DNA from: Klebsormidium nitens | Taxonomy: Eukaryota; Plantae; Klebsormidiophyceae | Assembly (NCBI GenBank): GCA_000708835.1 | Contig: DF236970.1 | Coordinates: forward strand, 316,247 to 380,246 | Length of the DNA: 64,000 nucleotides | Reading direction: 5' to 3' | Notes under the pieces: generated by a model | Told to the model about the DNA's origin: nothing | Database searches by the model: none | Seen by the model: only the letters and a program-made list of their open reading frames with translations | Translations under genes and position numbers: made by a program | In this document: in pieces, positions 23,900 through 37,189 of the stretch | How positions within the stretch are numbered: the first letter of the stretch is position 1 | Layout: every line of letters begins with the position of its first letter

Positions 23900-26800
23900 A
23901 TGGCTACATCATACTGCAAGCTCCATGTCTGCGGTTTGCTCCCTGCCGGGAAGGTGTTAGCGAGGGGCACTAGGGCGGCCACATTTGGTGTGCCGCTGAA
24001 GATTGAAAGCGCATCTTCTCAAAATCTGCGCAGGTAAGGGCCTTGACCGCTTGAAGTGTTTTCAGGATGACAGTAGATTGAGTTTTTTGACCGCACTCTC
24101 TTCTGAAGGTTGGGCAGACAATCTTGGAAATAAATGAGCATTTATGGTCCGAGCTCACCAAGAGTAGAAAACTTCAGATTGTGAGCCCGGGCTTTGGCAA
24201 AATTTCCCCAATTTGATCACTCTTTTTGGCATTCAAAACGCAATGTGCGGCTACTTCTTGGTAATGGTGTGCTGCATTGCAATGTTGTCGTGTTCAACTT
24301 TGGACATCCTGCGCTTACATTTCATACATTCCAGCCGGTTAGAACTGCTCAAACAAGAAGCATGCTGCAGAGTCCTCGCAACAATTCTCGCTGCTTCTGT
24401 TAGTTAAACAGCGGGTGGATCACATGTGGTTACTTTTGGATTAGGGTTCACATCCGCTTTGCGTTCGGAAATGGAGCTGCATGCAATAACCTCAGTGCGC
24501 TGTGTTCTGCTCTTCTTCTTCCTGCAATGCACACTACCAGGTACTTCAAGAGTGACCATCAATTAATTACTCTGAGTAGGAAGTGAAAAGGCAGCGCAGT
24601 CATCAGGTCTAATACGTAAGGTGTTTCGTGCTGTAGATATTTTCGAAAGTCACATTGTACTTGAAAGAAGTCATGACTCCTTACCTTATGTTCGACCAAG
24701 AGTCAACCCGATAGCGAGCGCCACCAAACACTCCCTCGCATCCAGAAAGTATCTATTTCTCCTTCGAAGCTCCGCTTTGATCCTCTACGGTGACTTATCG
24801 CCACCAAAGCCATAACTGCAGGAAGCACCCCGTTCTAGTTCAAGCCTCGGTGGCTACCGAGGCGCCCCCCCCAGCAGGAGGCCCCGATGGTGTCGCTGCC
24901 GCCCAGCCGCGCCCCAGGAATAAGGGCCGCCAGCCCCGAAACAAGGCCTCCTGGAGGAAGGAGAAAGAAGCAACTGGCGATGTCGTTCAAGCGGCATCGG
25001 CATTACTGCAGCCGAAGACCGAAGGGGAGAGCGCGCAGAGCGGGCCGAAAATTCTGGACTGGTTGAACGAGGAAGGAGTGGATAAGACGGCCGAGGTGAG
25101 TAACTGTTGCGTGCCCGCCCAATAGTGGAGAGGTTAAGACAACAATAAGACTGCATCACTTCAATCCATTAAGAGAATTAAAGACAAAGCTCTCCGTGAT
25201 TTGTCTGCCAAGACGAAGAGACCCCAAGGAGTCCTGAGACTTTGAAGCGAACACGGGCGCTCTGGCATGCTTTGTAATGCTCTTGCACGCTCCAGTTGAT
25301 TCACCGATACGTCCCTCTCCCTATCCTAGCGCCGATCTGCAGGGCAGAGATGAAATTCCTAAGAGGCAGTCCACATTCTCTTCAAATTCAAGTTTTCACA
25401 GACTGCTTTCGTTGAACAAGGGGTCGTGCCGAAAATCAGGCCCCATTCTCACCAGCACGTTTTCCCCCTGTTTACAGGCAACGATCCGCAGGGTGAATAG
25501 AGCCATCAGCACCCGGGCGACCGTGCGGGAGGCGCTTCAAGTGGTGGAGGACATGAAGGAAGCGGGGCTGAGCGCAAACGAGGGCACGTTTGCCGCGCTC
25601 GTGACGGTGTGCCGGCGCCAGAAGCAAGGAGAGCGCGCGCTGGTGGTGTATGATGTGAGTGTCAAGTTTCGACATGACTCCAAGAGCATCTTTCGTTGAC
25701 ACTATACCAGATTCATACCCGTTTTGACACAGGGAGAGCACGCGCCAGTGGTTCTCGATGTGAGTGTCAAGTTCGGCCCTGAGTGTAATCCGCATTTCTT
25801 TGACACTAATCAGAGCCCGTTTGACAGAGCCTGGCGCGTAGCGGTGTGCGGGCGCCAAAAGCAGGGAAAGCTCGCGCTGATGGTCTATGACGTTGGTGTC
25901 AGCGTATATCCAAAGTCCGTGTGCGTAATCGGTTCATACGGACTTGGAGTCGTTGTGACAGCATTCTGTCGACGTTTGTGACGGTGTGCCAGGAGAGCGT
26001 GCGTGCACGTCAAGATTCAGCTTACAAATGACATCCGTGATTTGTTGACTCTGGAGAGGGGTAAACCGTAACATTGAGAGCACTTTCTGTCCCTAGTCTG
26101 ACAAAGCCAATGAACAGCCGTCAGGGCATCGCACAGGGAAAGGGGGATTTTAATGTACGCAGACCAACGCAGACCAGGCTTCCGGACACAGCGAGTAGTG
26201 TTTGAGCATCGCCCCCAAACCTGTTTTAGTTGACGAGAGAGTTCTTGCTCTTTGGACTTCCGTTGATAGAGTCTTCTGTATGTTTACCGCAGGCCATGAA
26301 GCAGGCAGGGATCAAAGCCTCGAAACTCACGTTCCGGAACCTTATCCTGGCGTGCCAGCAGGCAGGCATGCAGGACCAGGCTCTAACCATCAAGGTACGG
26401 CTTAACCCTGTTACAGAGGACCCTTGTAGCCGTCAGATTGCATCAAACAGTCGGGTCATCAAACAGTCGGGTTGAAAGTTGAAATGCTAAGACTTTGGCC
26501 GAGGAATCAGAGGGTGATGAACTCGTTCAGGAATATCATATCCGCTTCGAACCACCAGACTTTGAAAGTCCAACGTCGCTTCTGAGATTCGCCTTTCAAA
26601 AGCTTGTGAAATTGGCCTTGGCAAGTCGCCCTTCGTCGATGCTGGCACTTTGATTCCATCTTGCAATCTGCCGTTGCCCTTTGATAAACATGGCTGTTCT
26701 TTACCATGAATCTCCCTCAAAATAAAGTCAAATGTCGCTGCGCAGAAAGACATGATGGCTTCGGGTTACAAGCCGGACCTGGGCACGTACAGCGCACTGC

Positions 26801-29800
26801 TCCAGGCGATCGTGAAAATGTCCCCTTACAGAGGGCGGATCACTCCTGGGCAGAGGTGAGAGGCGCCATTTTATCTCGGGTTGCCTCAGGCACATGCGAG
26901 ATGGAATCCATTACGGACTGTGTGGAGTAATGCAAGACTGAGCTTTGTCAGATGTCAGTCAAGTTTGCTTTGTGCGCATACGGGAACGTTCGATGTGGCG
27001 TGAAATTATCTCGGCCGTGCTTGTGACCTGGAAGGGTAAAGTCGTCCAATTTTGGAAAGCCTCATACGGACCCTTATAAACGATTACGAAGAAATTTGTC
27101 CTGCAGTGCCGCTCTAGATAAGCGTACAGGTGCCACTGTCAAGGCCTTTGCACTCTCAGGACTTCACACAAGCTCGTGACATCCTCTCGCAAGCTCCGAA
27201 TTGCAAAACCTGACCAGTCCGTCGGAGACCTGCCGTCGTATGTTGCTCACGAGAACGCTGACGTTGTCTCCTGCAGGCTCGACAAGGCGCTGGACACGTA
27301 CCAGGAGATGAAGGCGGCGGACATCAAGCCTGACGTCATCGTCTTCAACACGCTGCTGAGCGCCGCAGAGAGGGCCAAGAACCCTGGGAAAGCCCTGGTG
27401 AGAGCGCGCATCCTCTCAAGATTGGGGGCTTTTGTCTCATTGTATTCCTGCCCTATTTTGCTCGTGTTACTATGCGGCATGTCTATGAACGCCTGGAGGC
27501 TAGCAATGATAATTCCGAACCCGAGTGTGAGATAGTGGGGGCCTTCTCTTTCACTTTTTGTCAAATTTGAAAGGGGCCGACGAGCTCATTTGTTTATTAA
27601 ATGGTGATTCCGAGATCAGGGATTGCAGGAGGATACAAACATTGCACTGCAAGTGCGCTCCATATATCCGCGCTTTCTTTCCTCCTGTCACGGGATTTTT
27701 CTTTGTTGCAGAAAGCGGCTTGCGTAAAAAGAAAGCATGCCGATGTTGCACGCAATTTTGCTGGTTTCGTATACCTTCGTTTTCTGATCGACGTCTTTCG
27801 ATTATGCAGCGAAGTGCGGCTTTCGCCGAGCCTGTACTGGTGAAAATGACCAACGGCATCTGATTTACGACGCAACTCGTTGGTAAATTGCACTTTCCAC
27901 CCCGTCTTGACACCATTCTTTCTGGCCTACAGGAGATCTACGCCCTGATGGCCCAGGCGGGCATCAAAGCCAACCGCACCACGTTCGAGACGCTCCTCCA
28001 GACCGTGGGCCACAGCGGGCGGCTCAAAGCTGCGGAAGAAGTCTTCAACGAGATGCGGGTGGTCGGCGTTGCGCCCCGCACGGCGACTTTCAACTTTCTG
28101 ATCGAGGCGTGCGGGACTGCGCCCCAGCCGCAGGTGCAAAAGGCGTTCGGGTACGTGGAGGAGATGAAGAAGTCGGAGGAGGCTAAGCCGAACGTGGAGA
28201 CGTACATTCGGCTGATCAACACGGCCAGCAGGGTGAGTAGTTCCGAGGCTTTTTGGAGGTGTCGAGTTATTTGGGGGTCAGGCGATCCTGGTTACATCAG
28301 GCAAAATGTCATTAAAGGTGAGGAAGTTGGGGGAGGCTGGTCCGAACGTGGAGACGTGTTCCGGCTGGTTAACACGGCCAGCAGGGTGATTAAAGTCCGC
28401 ACCACTCTGTTTCTCCCATTATCGCGAAGCTGTTCCTGGATTGTGCTTAAATTCTGCAGTTGGACGGAAAAGGTGGAGACATAGTCGATGCTCGCACTGT
28501 TTAGCTTGGTGGCAACAATAGAGGATCTCTTGGAGATCTTGAATCGGCTAGTTTGCGGCCAAGCAGGAGCAATACACAATCGGCGAACGCGAATCTTTGT
28601 AGATGGTCTTTCTTGTTGCGGTTGTAGCCGCGGTCCGGTTGCTGTCGGTCGGTGCTGACGAGCGTTTCTTGTGAATGAAGCGCCATTTCCTTGCCGACAT
28701 CAAATGTGCTTCTTGCCCCTCGTAGAAAAGCTATTGCTTCGGTGGTTGCTTCAATCAGAATCACCCGTTGCTCAGAGCGCTCGGGCATAATCTCCAAATT
28801 GTTTTTTGGTATGCAGGGTCCGAGTCCTGGGCAAGCGCTTAGAGCGTACAAGTTGCTCGTGGAGGCAGGGTTCCGGGAAAAGGTCGGCCTATCGGTTTAC
28901 AACAGACTGATCAGCGCGGCAGGCCAGGCGGGCAAGCTAGACAAGGCGTTCGAGGTGAGGGGCGTTCTCCTCTTTCATTATATCCCTTCTTTTTTGTTCG
29001 CTTTGTCTTTGGTGCGTTCTTTTGTTGCTTCCCTGGTTCTTGCGAATTGAAGTCCTCCTTCCTCCACGATATATCCTGTTTATTGCGGGTCCCAGAATCT
29101 CTCTTTCTCAGCTACGTTTCGCTATGCTTTTTGTTTTCCTTTACGTTTCTCATTCGCAATCCAGCCTTCTTTTGTGGGAGTCGGCCTCGAAGGCCCGTCC
29201 CCGTTGCGTGCAGAGTTCGTCTTTAAGGTCCAAAAGCAGTTGCTCTCAGCCTTTTCTCCAACGAGTCTCTCGCGAAGCCCTGCTCTTTTTCCATTAACAA
29301 TCTGTACAACGCCTTCGCTGGGCGCTTCTCGAACTCGGTATCTGAAAAATTCAGTCGCTGAGAAGTTAGTCACTTTGCAGATTTACGATACCTTACGGGA
29401 AGCCGGGTTCAAGCCGGATGGCTTCACATACTCCGCCCTGGTAGCAGCGTGCGGGAAGGCAGGGGATGCGTCGCGGGCTTTGGCCGTGAGCGAAGACATG
29501 GAGAAGGGGTACGGGCTACTGCCTAACCAGGTGGGTGATTTGCTCCTAGTTGACGTTCTACCATCGGTTTGACTAGAGAGAAGTCGAAGTTGGAACCTGC
29601 CAGACTGGAGAGTTTGGCTGAGGTATGTACGATCATTTTACAATCACTCAAATCGACCTCAAAACCTGAACGCTTGACTTTCATGTCCTCATGGCACATG
29701 CGGCAGAGGCGGGCAGTAGCGGAAAGCCCTCGCCCTTCTTTTGCAAATCAAGGAGGGTCTTCGGACATTGTGGACTCTCAAAGCTTCTGCGGTTCGAATC

Positions 29801-32734
29801 TAACTGCCTGAATATCCGGGGTCTAACGAAATCAACTTTTGACATGAAAAGTGTTGCACGCGCTGATGGGCGCGCGTATGAAGGCCGGCAAGTGGTAGGA
29901 GGTGCTCGCTCGTTTCCTGCGGATGAGGGAGGCGCACCCAGACCACCCTAATCTTCGTATCTAACAACTAGCATCTTCAATCTCTCTCACTTCCATCGAT
30001 TCGTTACTTGATAGTTCGTGTTCCACGCGCTGATGGGTGCGTGCGGAAAGGCGGCAAGTGGCAGGAGGCCCTCGCCCTCTTCACGGCGGATGATAAAGGC
30101 GGCCCTTAACAACCTGCTCGGACCCTCTTTCTTTCTAGTACGTCCAAATCCTCAAGTACCCCAAAACCCTCTATCAACAGGTGGTGTTCCATGCGTTGAT
30201 GGGCGCGTGCGGAAAGGCCGGCAAGTGGCAGGAGGCGCTCGCTCTTTTCCGGCGGATGAAGGAGGCGCTTACGGACGAGCCGCCCGGTGTGCTGACGTAC
30301 AGCATCCTCTTCGACGCGTGCTTCGGGGCGCAGGGCGCGGAGGCGCTGCTGAAGGAGGCGCAAAAGGAGGGGAAGCGGCTGGAGATTACGCAGGGTAGGT
30401 CGCGGGGTTCCGGTTGTGGCAGAGACGTCTGCAGTTTGGGAGCTAGAAATTGAGAATGCGAAATTTGGATTTCGGTGATCCGCATCTGGATTTCTGATCT
30501 GAGAGGACGAATAACGGGATTGGGGCTTTTGGTTCGAGGGAAAGCCGGACCTGCGGGGCGCGACTCGGAGGGATGATGCGTTCGGATCCAACGGTTGGGA
30601 CTCGAGAGGTTCGCGAAATTGAAGGTTGAGGTTCGGGGGCGCGGATATCTGTTGCCAATACCCGAGATAGAGTTCCATCCAGCTTACTGGGGCGTGGCGA
30701 CTTAACACAAAACGGAACAAAAATGGATTAAAGAAGGCTTTCTGGTTCCTAAAATGATACCACACTGTCACGCGCTGATGTCATCTTCTGGCGACCAGGC
30801 TACTGCTCCTATGGAACCCTTGTTGCTTTTGACGTCACATCGCATGCGTCCGTCTACACTCTGTTCAACGGCACGTTCAGAAGCACCGACATACGCTATC
30901 ATAAAGACACCTCTAGAACTTTGGAGGATTGCGTCCGACCTTACGGCAACCTTTGCACTTGCTTGTCTCGAGTTGCTTTCATTGAAGCGCACCTCGCATG
31001 TCAGTCCTCACCGTCGTGATTGAATCGTCATCGGTGAACCTCTTGCAGGGATAAAGGCCGCGCTGAATCTGTATAGAGAAGGGCAGACGGCGGGCGTCTT
31101 CAAAAACTTCAGCGAAGATGATCTTACCAGGTAACTCTTACAACGTCAGCACAGGCATTTGAAGTCAGTGCGGGCGCCAACTCTTGATTTGACCTTTTCT
31201 TGGTTCCGTATCGACCAAAGTAAAGAGACGACACAACGGCAGCCAAAATTCAGCTTGTGCATCCTTTGAATGTCAGTCGGAAGCTGTAAGATCACGGGTC
31301 TGGCAACGCTTCCCGTGATCCGGTTCAGTCAGCCCACGTCCCTCAAATTGTGCATCCTTTTAAGACAATAGGGCTTAAAAGGCCAGCTCGTCTCTGGCTC
31401 TTCAGAGCCTGCCAGTAGGTGCCGACAGACCTATGCCTGAAGCATAAAGAATCTCGGGTGAAAGGTACCTTGCCTCCAGCGCTTTGTCTCGACCAGGGGG
31501 AGCCTTGAGCAAATGCTATCTGTGCTCAAGGCAGAAACGGCAAGTTTGTTCTCACCCCATGAGTGCGCTCCGTGAGTAACAACCTTATGCTGACTAGTAC
31601 GGTCCGCTTGTCCGCAGGTGTGACATTCGGACGCTGTCACGGTCCGGAGCCGTGGTCGCGTTGCTGGCGCTGCTCGACCGGCTAAAAGAAAAGCCGCCCA
31701 CTCTAGATCTGGTCGTGGTGACCGGGAGCGACAAGGCCAAGGTGAGCTCGACGTTCGATTTTGCGTCACACTTGCACAATCCGAACACCTTGTGTTTGTA
31801 ACCGACACCATCTCTCAGGCTTGGCAACGTTCCTACGAAGTCGAACCACAATCATCTCCGGACCTTTTTGCTATGTTGACGTGGGATCCTGAAGTCCTAG
31901 GACCGGCTTCAAAAGCCCTCTGAGAAGATTTTACATCCGTCCAGAACGTTGCGCGCGCACTTACGTGGATTGAGCTTGATTGAGAGCACAACTGAGTGTC
32001 AATCAAGTCGTTTTGAGCATGGGAGACGTGGGCCTTTTATTGCCGTCGTACAACCAACCAAGACCGAACAGTCCTTAAGTGGCTCCTTGATTTCCAATTG
32101 CTCGGCATGTCAGACGTTCGGCAGCGACACTGAGCCCGGAGTTGAAAGTGCTGAGGAGCCAGTTGGGAATGATTCAGGCAGATGTTTGCTTAGGACATGG
32201 TCGAAATATCTTGCTAAGCTGTAGATGCTATCATGATTGGGATGAGATCTAGACCCACCCCCCTTTATGTTTTCTTGCCGTGACTAACTGTTTGAAGCTT
32301 GCTCGGTTTCAAGGAAAGTCGCGTGTCAGTGAGAAGAACCTGGGACTCGATGATGTACGAATTGGCAAGGGAGCCAAAGATTAAGCCTTCGTCCCTCCAC
32401 TCTGATTTGACTAATAGAACGTTTATTCCTCCTTTGTGAGCAGGCGTTCATTGCTCGAGGGGCCACGAAGAAACCGACCGGGGGCCGGTTACCAAAGCTC
32501 GCGGAAATCGCTTTGTCAACGTTCAACGCACTGCAGCTGCCGTGCAAACCTTTGACCACTTTGACGTTCCAAGCATTGACGGTAGAAGCCCCCGCGCTGC
32601 AGAAATGGTTACAAGGGGGAATTGAGGGAGGGGAGTCGCTAGCACGTCAGCAAAGTAGTGTAGAGTCCGCTGTCGGTAAGGCGCCGGAAGTGCTTGTAGG
32701 CAACAAGGGGACGATGGAGGCGCTTGCGACTTAG
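23900..32734 (+). CDS. P-class pentatricopeptide repeat protein with C-terminal SMR-like domain, probably organelle-targeted
   Basis: Exons 23900-24033, 24822-25095, 25478-25654, 26293-26394, 26746-26855, 27277-27397, 27933-28232, 28817-28954, 29381-29530, 30181-30394, 31049-31130, 31618-31741, 32444-32734. Repeated PPR signatures (KPDVIVFNTLLSAA, KPDGFTYSALVAACGKAG, VVFHALMGACGKAGKWQEALALFRRMK). SMR-like C-terminus (CDIRTLSRSGAVVALL...LVVVTGS...LTVEAPALQKWL). The basic, Ser/Ala-rich N-terminus resembles a transit peptide. Confidence 0.88.
25655..26000 (+). repeat. Donor-side junction duplications after PPR exon 3
   Basis: 'ggagagc.cgcgc..gtggt...gat|gtgagtgtcaagtt' has its real donor at 25655, a copy at 25760, and more diverged copies at ~25892 and ~25980. 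Confidence 0.88.
28190..28392 (+). repeat. Donor-side junction duplication after PPR exon 7
   Basis: 'ccgaacgtggagacgt...cggctg.t.aacacggccagcagg|gtga' has donors at 28233 (real) and 28386. Confidence 0.93.
29850..30260 (+). repeat. Acceptor-side junction duplications before PPR exon 10
   Basis: 'gtgtt.ca.gcg.tgatggg.gcg.g...aaggc.ggcaagtgg.aggagg' at 29851, 30018 and 30184 (real). Confidence 0.93.
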
Positions 32735-33730
32735 CTTTTGTCTAGACTGGGTTATGCCAGGTGTGGCTGTATTCTAGTTTGTTTTCATTAGGTAATTGCA
32801 GGTGATCAGCATGCTTTGGTTTGCGAGATCTGTTGGAAGCGAAAAAACCAACTAGTCAGAATCGTAGGCATCTACAATGGGCCTCATTCCATTCTTTCCA
32901 ATGTCGAGCATCCTCTAACAGGTCAGTACCTGAAAGGATCGATCGACAAAGATTGTTCTTGCAGCTTTCGAAGCACATCCTGTTTGCGCCAGACAGAATT
33001 GCGCCATGTGGCGCGGCTCAGCTGCATCACAGGCCGCTTTTAACCGCCCTCAGGGCACGGGTTGTGGACTGAGCTCCAGGTTGCGGAACGGCGGGGCCTG
33101 TTTGACACCATCCAACATGATCGACTCTTTGTCAGACCGGCTCTGGCATGCTACATTCAGCGGCTGTATTCTTTGTTCCTAATCAACTTAAGTAAGGGCA
33201 GGGCGGCTAGGCGGGCGAACTTTCCAATTTGCATGCTAGTGGGGGTACCGTCCTGATCGACATTATGGTGCACGCCGTTGCGACTTCAGCGTGGGTTCGC
33301 GCACAAAAACATTCCAGAGTACAGCTAGCCATAGTAAGTAAATAGATAAACATCTCCCCCATGTCATGCGCGCATGTTCATTGACTTGGAGCGTGAGTCT
33401 GAATGCTGGCATCCTAAAGCTGATCGAACCATCCCAACCATGCCCTGACCGTCGGACGAGTCTCGTAAGCTTCCTGTTGATTCGAAGCACCTCGAAGTGC
33501 ATGTTCGAGTCCGAGCTCCATGCAACGTGCTCAGCCTGTCTGCCTAGCTGGCCTTTAACATGGTGAGAGTCTGACGCCACATGCGCACGACTCGGACGTA
33601 CAGGCCCGACTTGTGCATGACGGCCGGGGAGCGGCGAACTACCGGGGGGTCGGGCCGGCCATCGCCGCAGGCGATGGGTGGTCGGGCCCGCAGGGCCCGA
33701 CCCCTTGGGCCTCCTCAAACGTTTCACTAA

Positions 33731-33800
33731 GGTCAATCAATTTCAATCAATCAATTTATTTTATAGTCCCGTAGGAGCCATGGGTGGCTCATGAGACAAG
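33731..33800 (-). mobile_element. Possible 3' terminus of a non-LTR retroelement (SINE/LINE-like)
   Basis: The minus strand reads GAGCCA-ccca-TGGCTC stem-loop, then ...ctataaaataaa followed by an (ATTG)n tail (attgattgattgaaattgattga). I found no RT ORF and no clear TSD. Confidence 0.4.
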
Positions 33801-36800
33801 GTCTGAATGTAAGTCAACAAGGTAAGTCGGTCTTTTGGCAGTGGTATGACCTACACGCGAGCAATCACCGCAGAGGAACTCTACAGAGGTTCCGTAAATT
33901 TCAACCTCGTCTGCATGGCATTCGAAGGTGACCGTCGGGCCAGATCCTATCAAAATCGAATCGGGAAGCTAATAGGGATTATCGGTCTTTTACCGCGCCG
34001 GCACTGCAAATTCAATTTGAATGCAGCGTGACTGTCCTGGCAATGGGCATCACTGTCAGCGATTCAGCATGATGCTCTTCAGCTCCTGTTCTAGTAGGTA
34101 CGCAGGCTTGACGGCGCACTTGGAAAGCGCATAATAAAGTTAATATCATGCAAGACTTATCGGTATTCAGCCGGCAGTGACTTCTCATCCCTTGCCATAG
34201 TTGAATGCAACGTTTTCGTTAGTAGTACTGCCAGGATTGGACTTTATCTCACTTTCCAATGATACAACATCTTCCTTTCGGGACACGTTGCATTATGATG
34301 GCAAGGTCGGCAATGGGCATGCTGTGACGCGACTCGGATCTTAGCTGAATGTAGATCCCAGATCCGGATTGCGTCACATGGTGGGTCTGCCACATGACAT
34401 GCCAGGTGATTTTTCATGCTCATGTTGAAGGACAGACCACCATACAGTGATGTGCTCCGCATTTCAAACGATCGAAGCATATGCTTGCTAAGTCGTATTA
34501 TCTTTCACTGGACACGCTCTGGATGACTACGTTTACATTGACCAACGGCGGCGCTATTCCGGTCGAGGGGCTGGCAACGCACCCGAGTGTCAACGATGAT
34601 CCACGGCAAGATTTGAATAGCCAATGGTGCTACTTTTCATCCGCTGTGATACAGCTCAAGCTTATACCCTGTCCTTCTTGTGCCATCTGCTCCATGTTCT
34701 TAGCAGATCTCATAGGATGGCTCAGTTCTTGAAAGCAGACCTAGATGTTGACCCTCCGATGTGCACTTCATGCACAACTTCATTCGACAGATCTACGCAC
34801 ACCTGCAAGGAAGGGAAACTGTATGTTCAAATGCGAGGCACGAAAGGGGCTCAATAGCATGCTCTGTCAGGTTGACTGCTGCCCAAAGTGCATCAGCAGA
34901 ATCCGTGCAGGCAATCTAGATGACTGTAGGCATGGTTTCCTTGGTCGATTTTCAGTGCCAAGAAGATTCACAGAAGTTGCGCCGGAATGATCATAAGCAA
35001 TGCTGATGATCCTGGTCATTGTCAAGGGCTTCTCATATCCTTGACAAAGCCTACAGTGCACTTGTGGGCCCGGGATTCATTCTGAAGTGTTGCCCATTGA
35101 AGCAAGTCAATGAACGTGCCAATCAGTCTTGCGCTGGCAAACTAGAAAGTTTCCAACAACCACGAAGCAGAGATATCAACGGCGGCTGACCTGCTGTAGT
35201 GCATGGAGCACTAGATGCTTGAGGTGGGCGGAAGCAACCGGGCGTCTGCAATTCTTGAAAAAGAAGAGCATTTTGAATCTGTATGAAGAGCAACCAAAAA
35301 GGAGTGGGTATTATGATGTATTGAGCATCAAAAAGAAGACCAGTAAGGATCAGACCCACCGCAACAGCATATGCCACAAAGAAAGGATCGGAGAGAAGAT
35401 AGAGAGACAGGGTGATTTGGCAACAATCTGGGTGATTTCGAAAAAGCTTATTTACCACTTGAGAATCGTCTCCACTTTACCCACACTAAGCACTTTGTTC
35501 CAGCGGTTTTGAGAGTATCAGTTGCAAAAGTGATCACTGAGAGCCAGCCAGAGCCTGTTCACATGCTTGGAATATAAGGTATCTGCACACCTGGGCATGT
35601 GGAGATGTCCTCGTTCTGCATTGAAGTTATAAGTCCTACCGGCCAGCTCTCAGAAGGCCTGCCGCTGGCGGGATCTGAGACGACCTGACATTTCAGGTAC
35701 TCAAATCTGCATAAGAAGCAATGAGGAATTGAGAGATCAATCGTAAAAAGTGCAAAGAAAGTTTGGATCTGTGTCAAGACTTTTCAAAGAAGCATTCTGA
35801 TAAAGCGCATCCTCCTGGCGCATGGTGCAGGTTGCACCGACTTCCACCGACTTCCTGAAGGGGAGACGGAGAACCAAAAGAAAAGCAAAAAGTGCTCGAG
35901 AGACTCACGGCAGCATGGGTGCAAATCTTGGCCCCCACCTGAACACGTTGAAGCCACGCTTCTTTTGCACCAGAGTGCACTCTGTTTTGGAAGGCGGACC
36001 TGCGGTGGTGCTCTGCGTGACCCCAGCCAAAGCTGAACTGCGTCAAGAATGCATTGGATCATGAGTTGATGAGATGCATTCTGATATGTCCACTTACTAT
36101 CCAATATTTGCGTCGGCTCTTCTGATGCATAAACGTGAGCTACACCCTGTCACAGGTCCCTGTATGTCTCTAGCGAGGCGTATTTCAAACTACTTACAAG
36201 TACCCAAGTCACCAATGCATAAGCAAAGGACCTTTCACCAGATTATCATTCTTTCGCGTGCAGAAAGCTGAAACAGGTCTAGGTACAAAGCTGAAACAAG
36301 CTCGGCACAGACCTTAAGAGACGCTCAGTCGTACTCTTGAGCGCAACCCTGCGATCCAGGAGCCAGCATCTACGTCTCAGGCTGCAGAGCCTGCGGATGG
36401 TTGTAGCGTTGGATGTAAGTGCTTGGATTCAAAACTCCAAAATCGAACGACCAGCGCTTGAGCTTTTTGCAGTCCCGCAACATTCCTACTCTTTCTGACC
36501 AGCCCAAACATAAGGAATACTTTGAGCAGCTCTGCCGCATCTGGAGTCTGAGAAGAACTAAATAAGCGCGATCCAAAAGCCATCGCTTTCTTGCGCGCAG
36601 GCTCCCTTTTTGGAGAACCCATTGCATTGCCATGGCGCCGCTGCCTAAGAAACAAACAGAACTTATGCGCCGTTGAGCTTTTCAGCTAGCAAGCCTTCTT
36701 GTGCATTTCTTCTGCCTGCCAGTGCAGGGGAGGCGCGCCTCAGGCTGTGGTTGATTGATTGAATCTGCAATGCTGGTTCATCGACGACCGTGGCAGCCAT

Positions 36801-37189
36801 GCCAGCGTCGCACCATTTACTCCATTTTAAATTGCACCCACAGATGTCTGGAACTTTGGGAAGTTTTCCGAACCGTAGATGAGAATGCAAAGTTGTTCAA
36901 GGCGTCGGATTGAAAACTTCTGCACTAAAGTCAGAGACGTCCGCTGTCAGACAGAAAGTTGTCTGAACCATCCGATCTTCCAGAGAAGTTTTTGAAGAAG
37001 TTGTTGCATCCGCAGATGAAAGTTTCTGAAGTTTGAAGGGCCGTCCGATGGGTCTGCACAAAAACTTCTGATTGGTCCGGCGGGCTCGACGCTCAAAAAC
37101 TTCGCCGTGCGCGGGGCGAAGCCCAGAGTCCGAGTCTTCATTCAGCCAGTGCAACATGGCGGCCGGCCGAACCCTGAGGTTGCAGAATT

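Noticed and set aside
29780-29810. GGTTCGAATC T-loop-like motif suggesting a tRNA
   Set aside because: There is no cloverleaf, acceptor stem or A-box in the flanks.
23900-32734. Naming the PPR-SMR gene as MRL1, GUN1, pTAC2 or SVR7
   Set aside because: The architecture is compatible with the PPR-SMR class, but I do not recognise orthologue-specific sequence.
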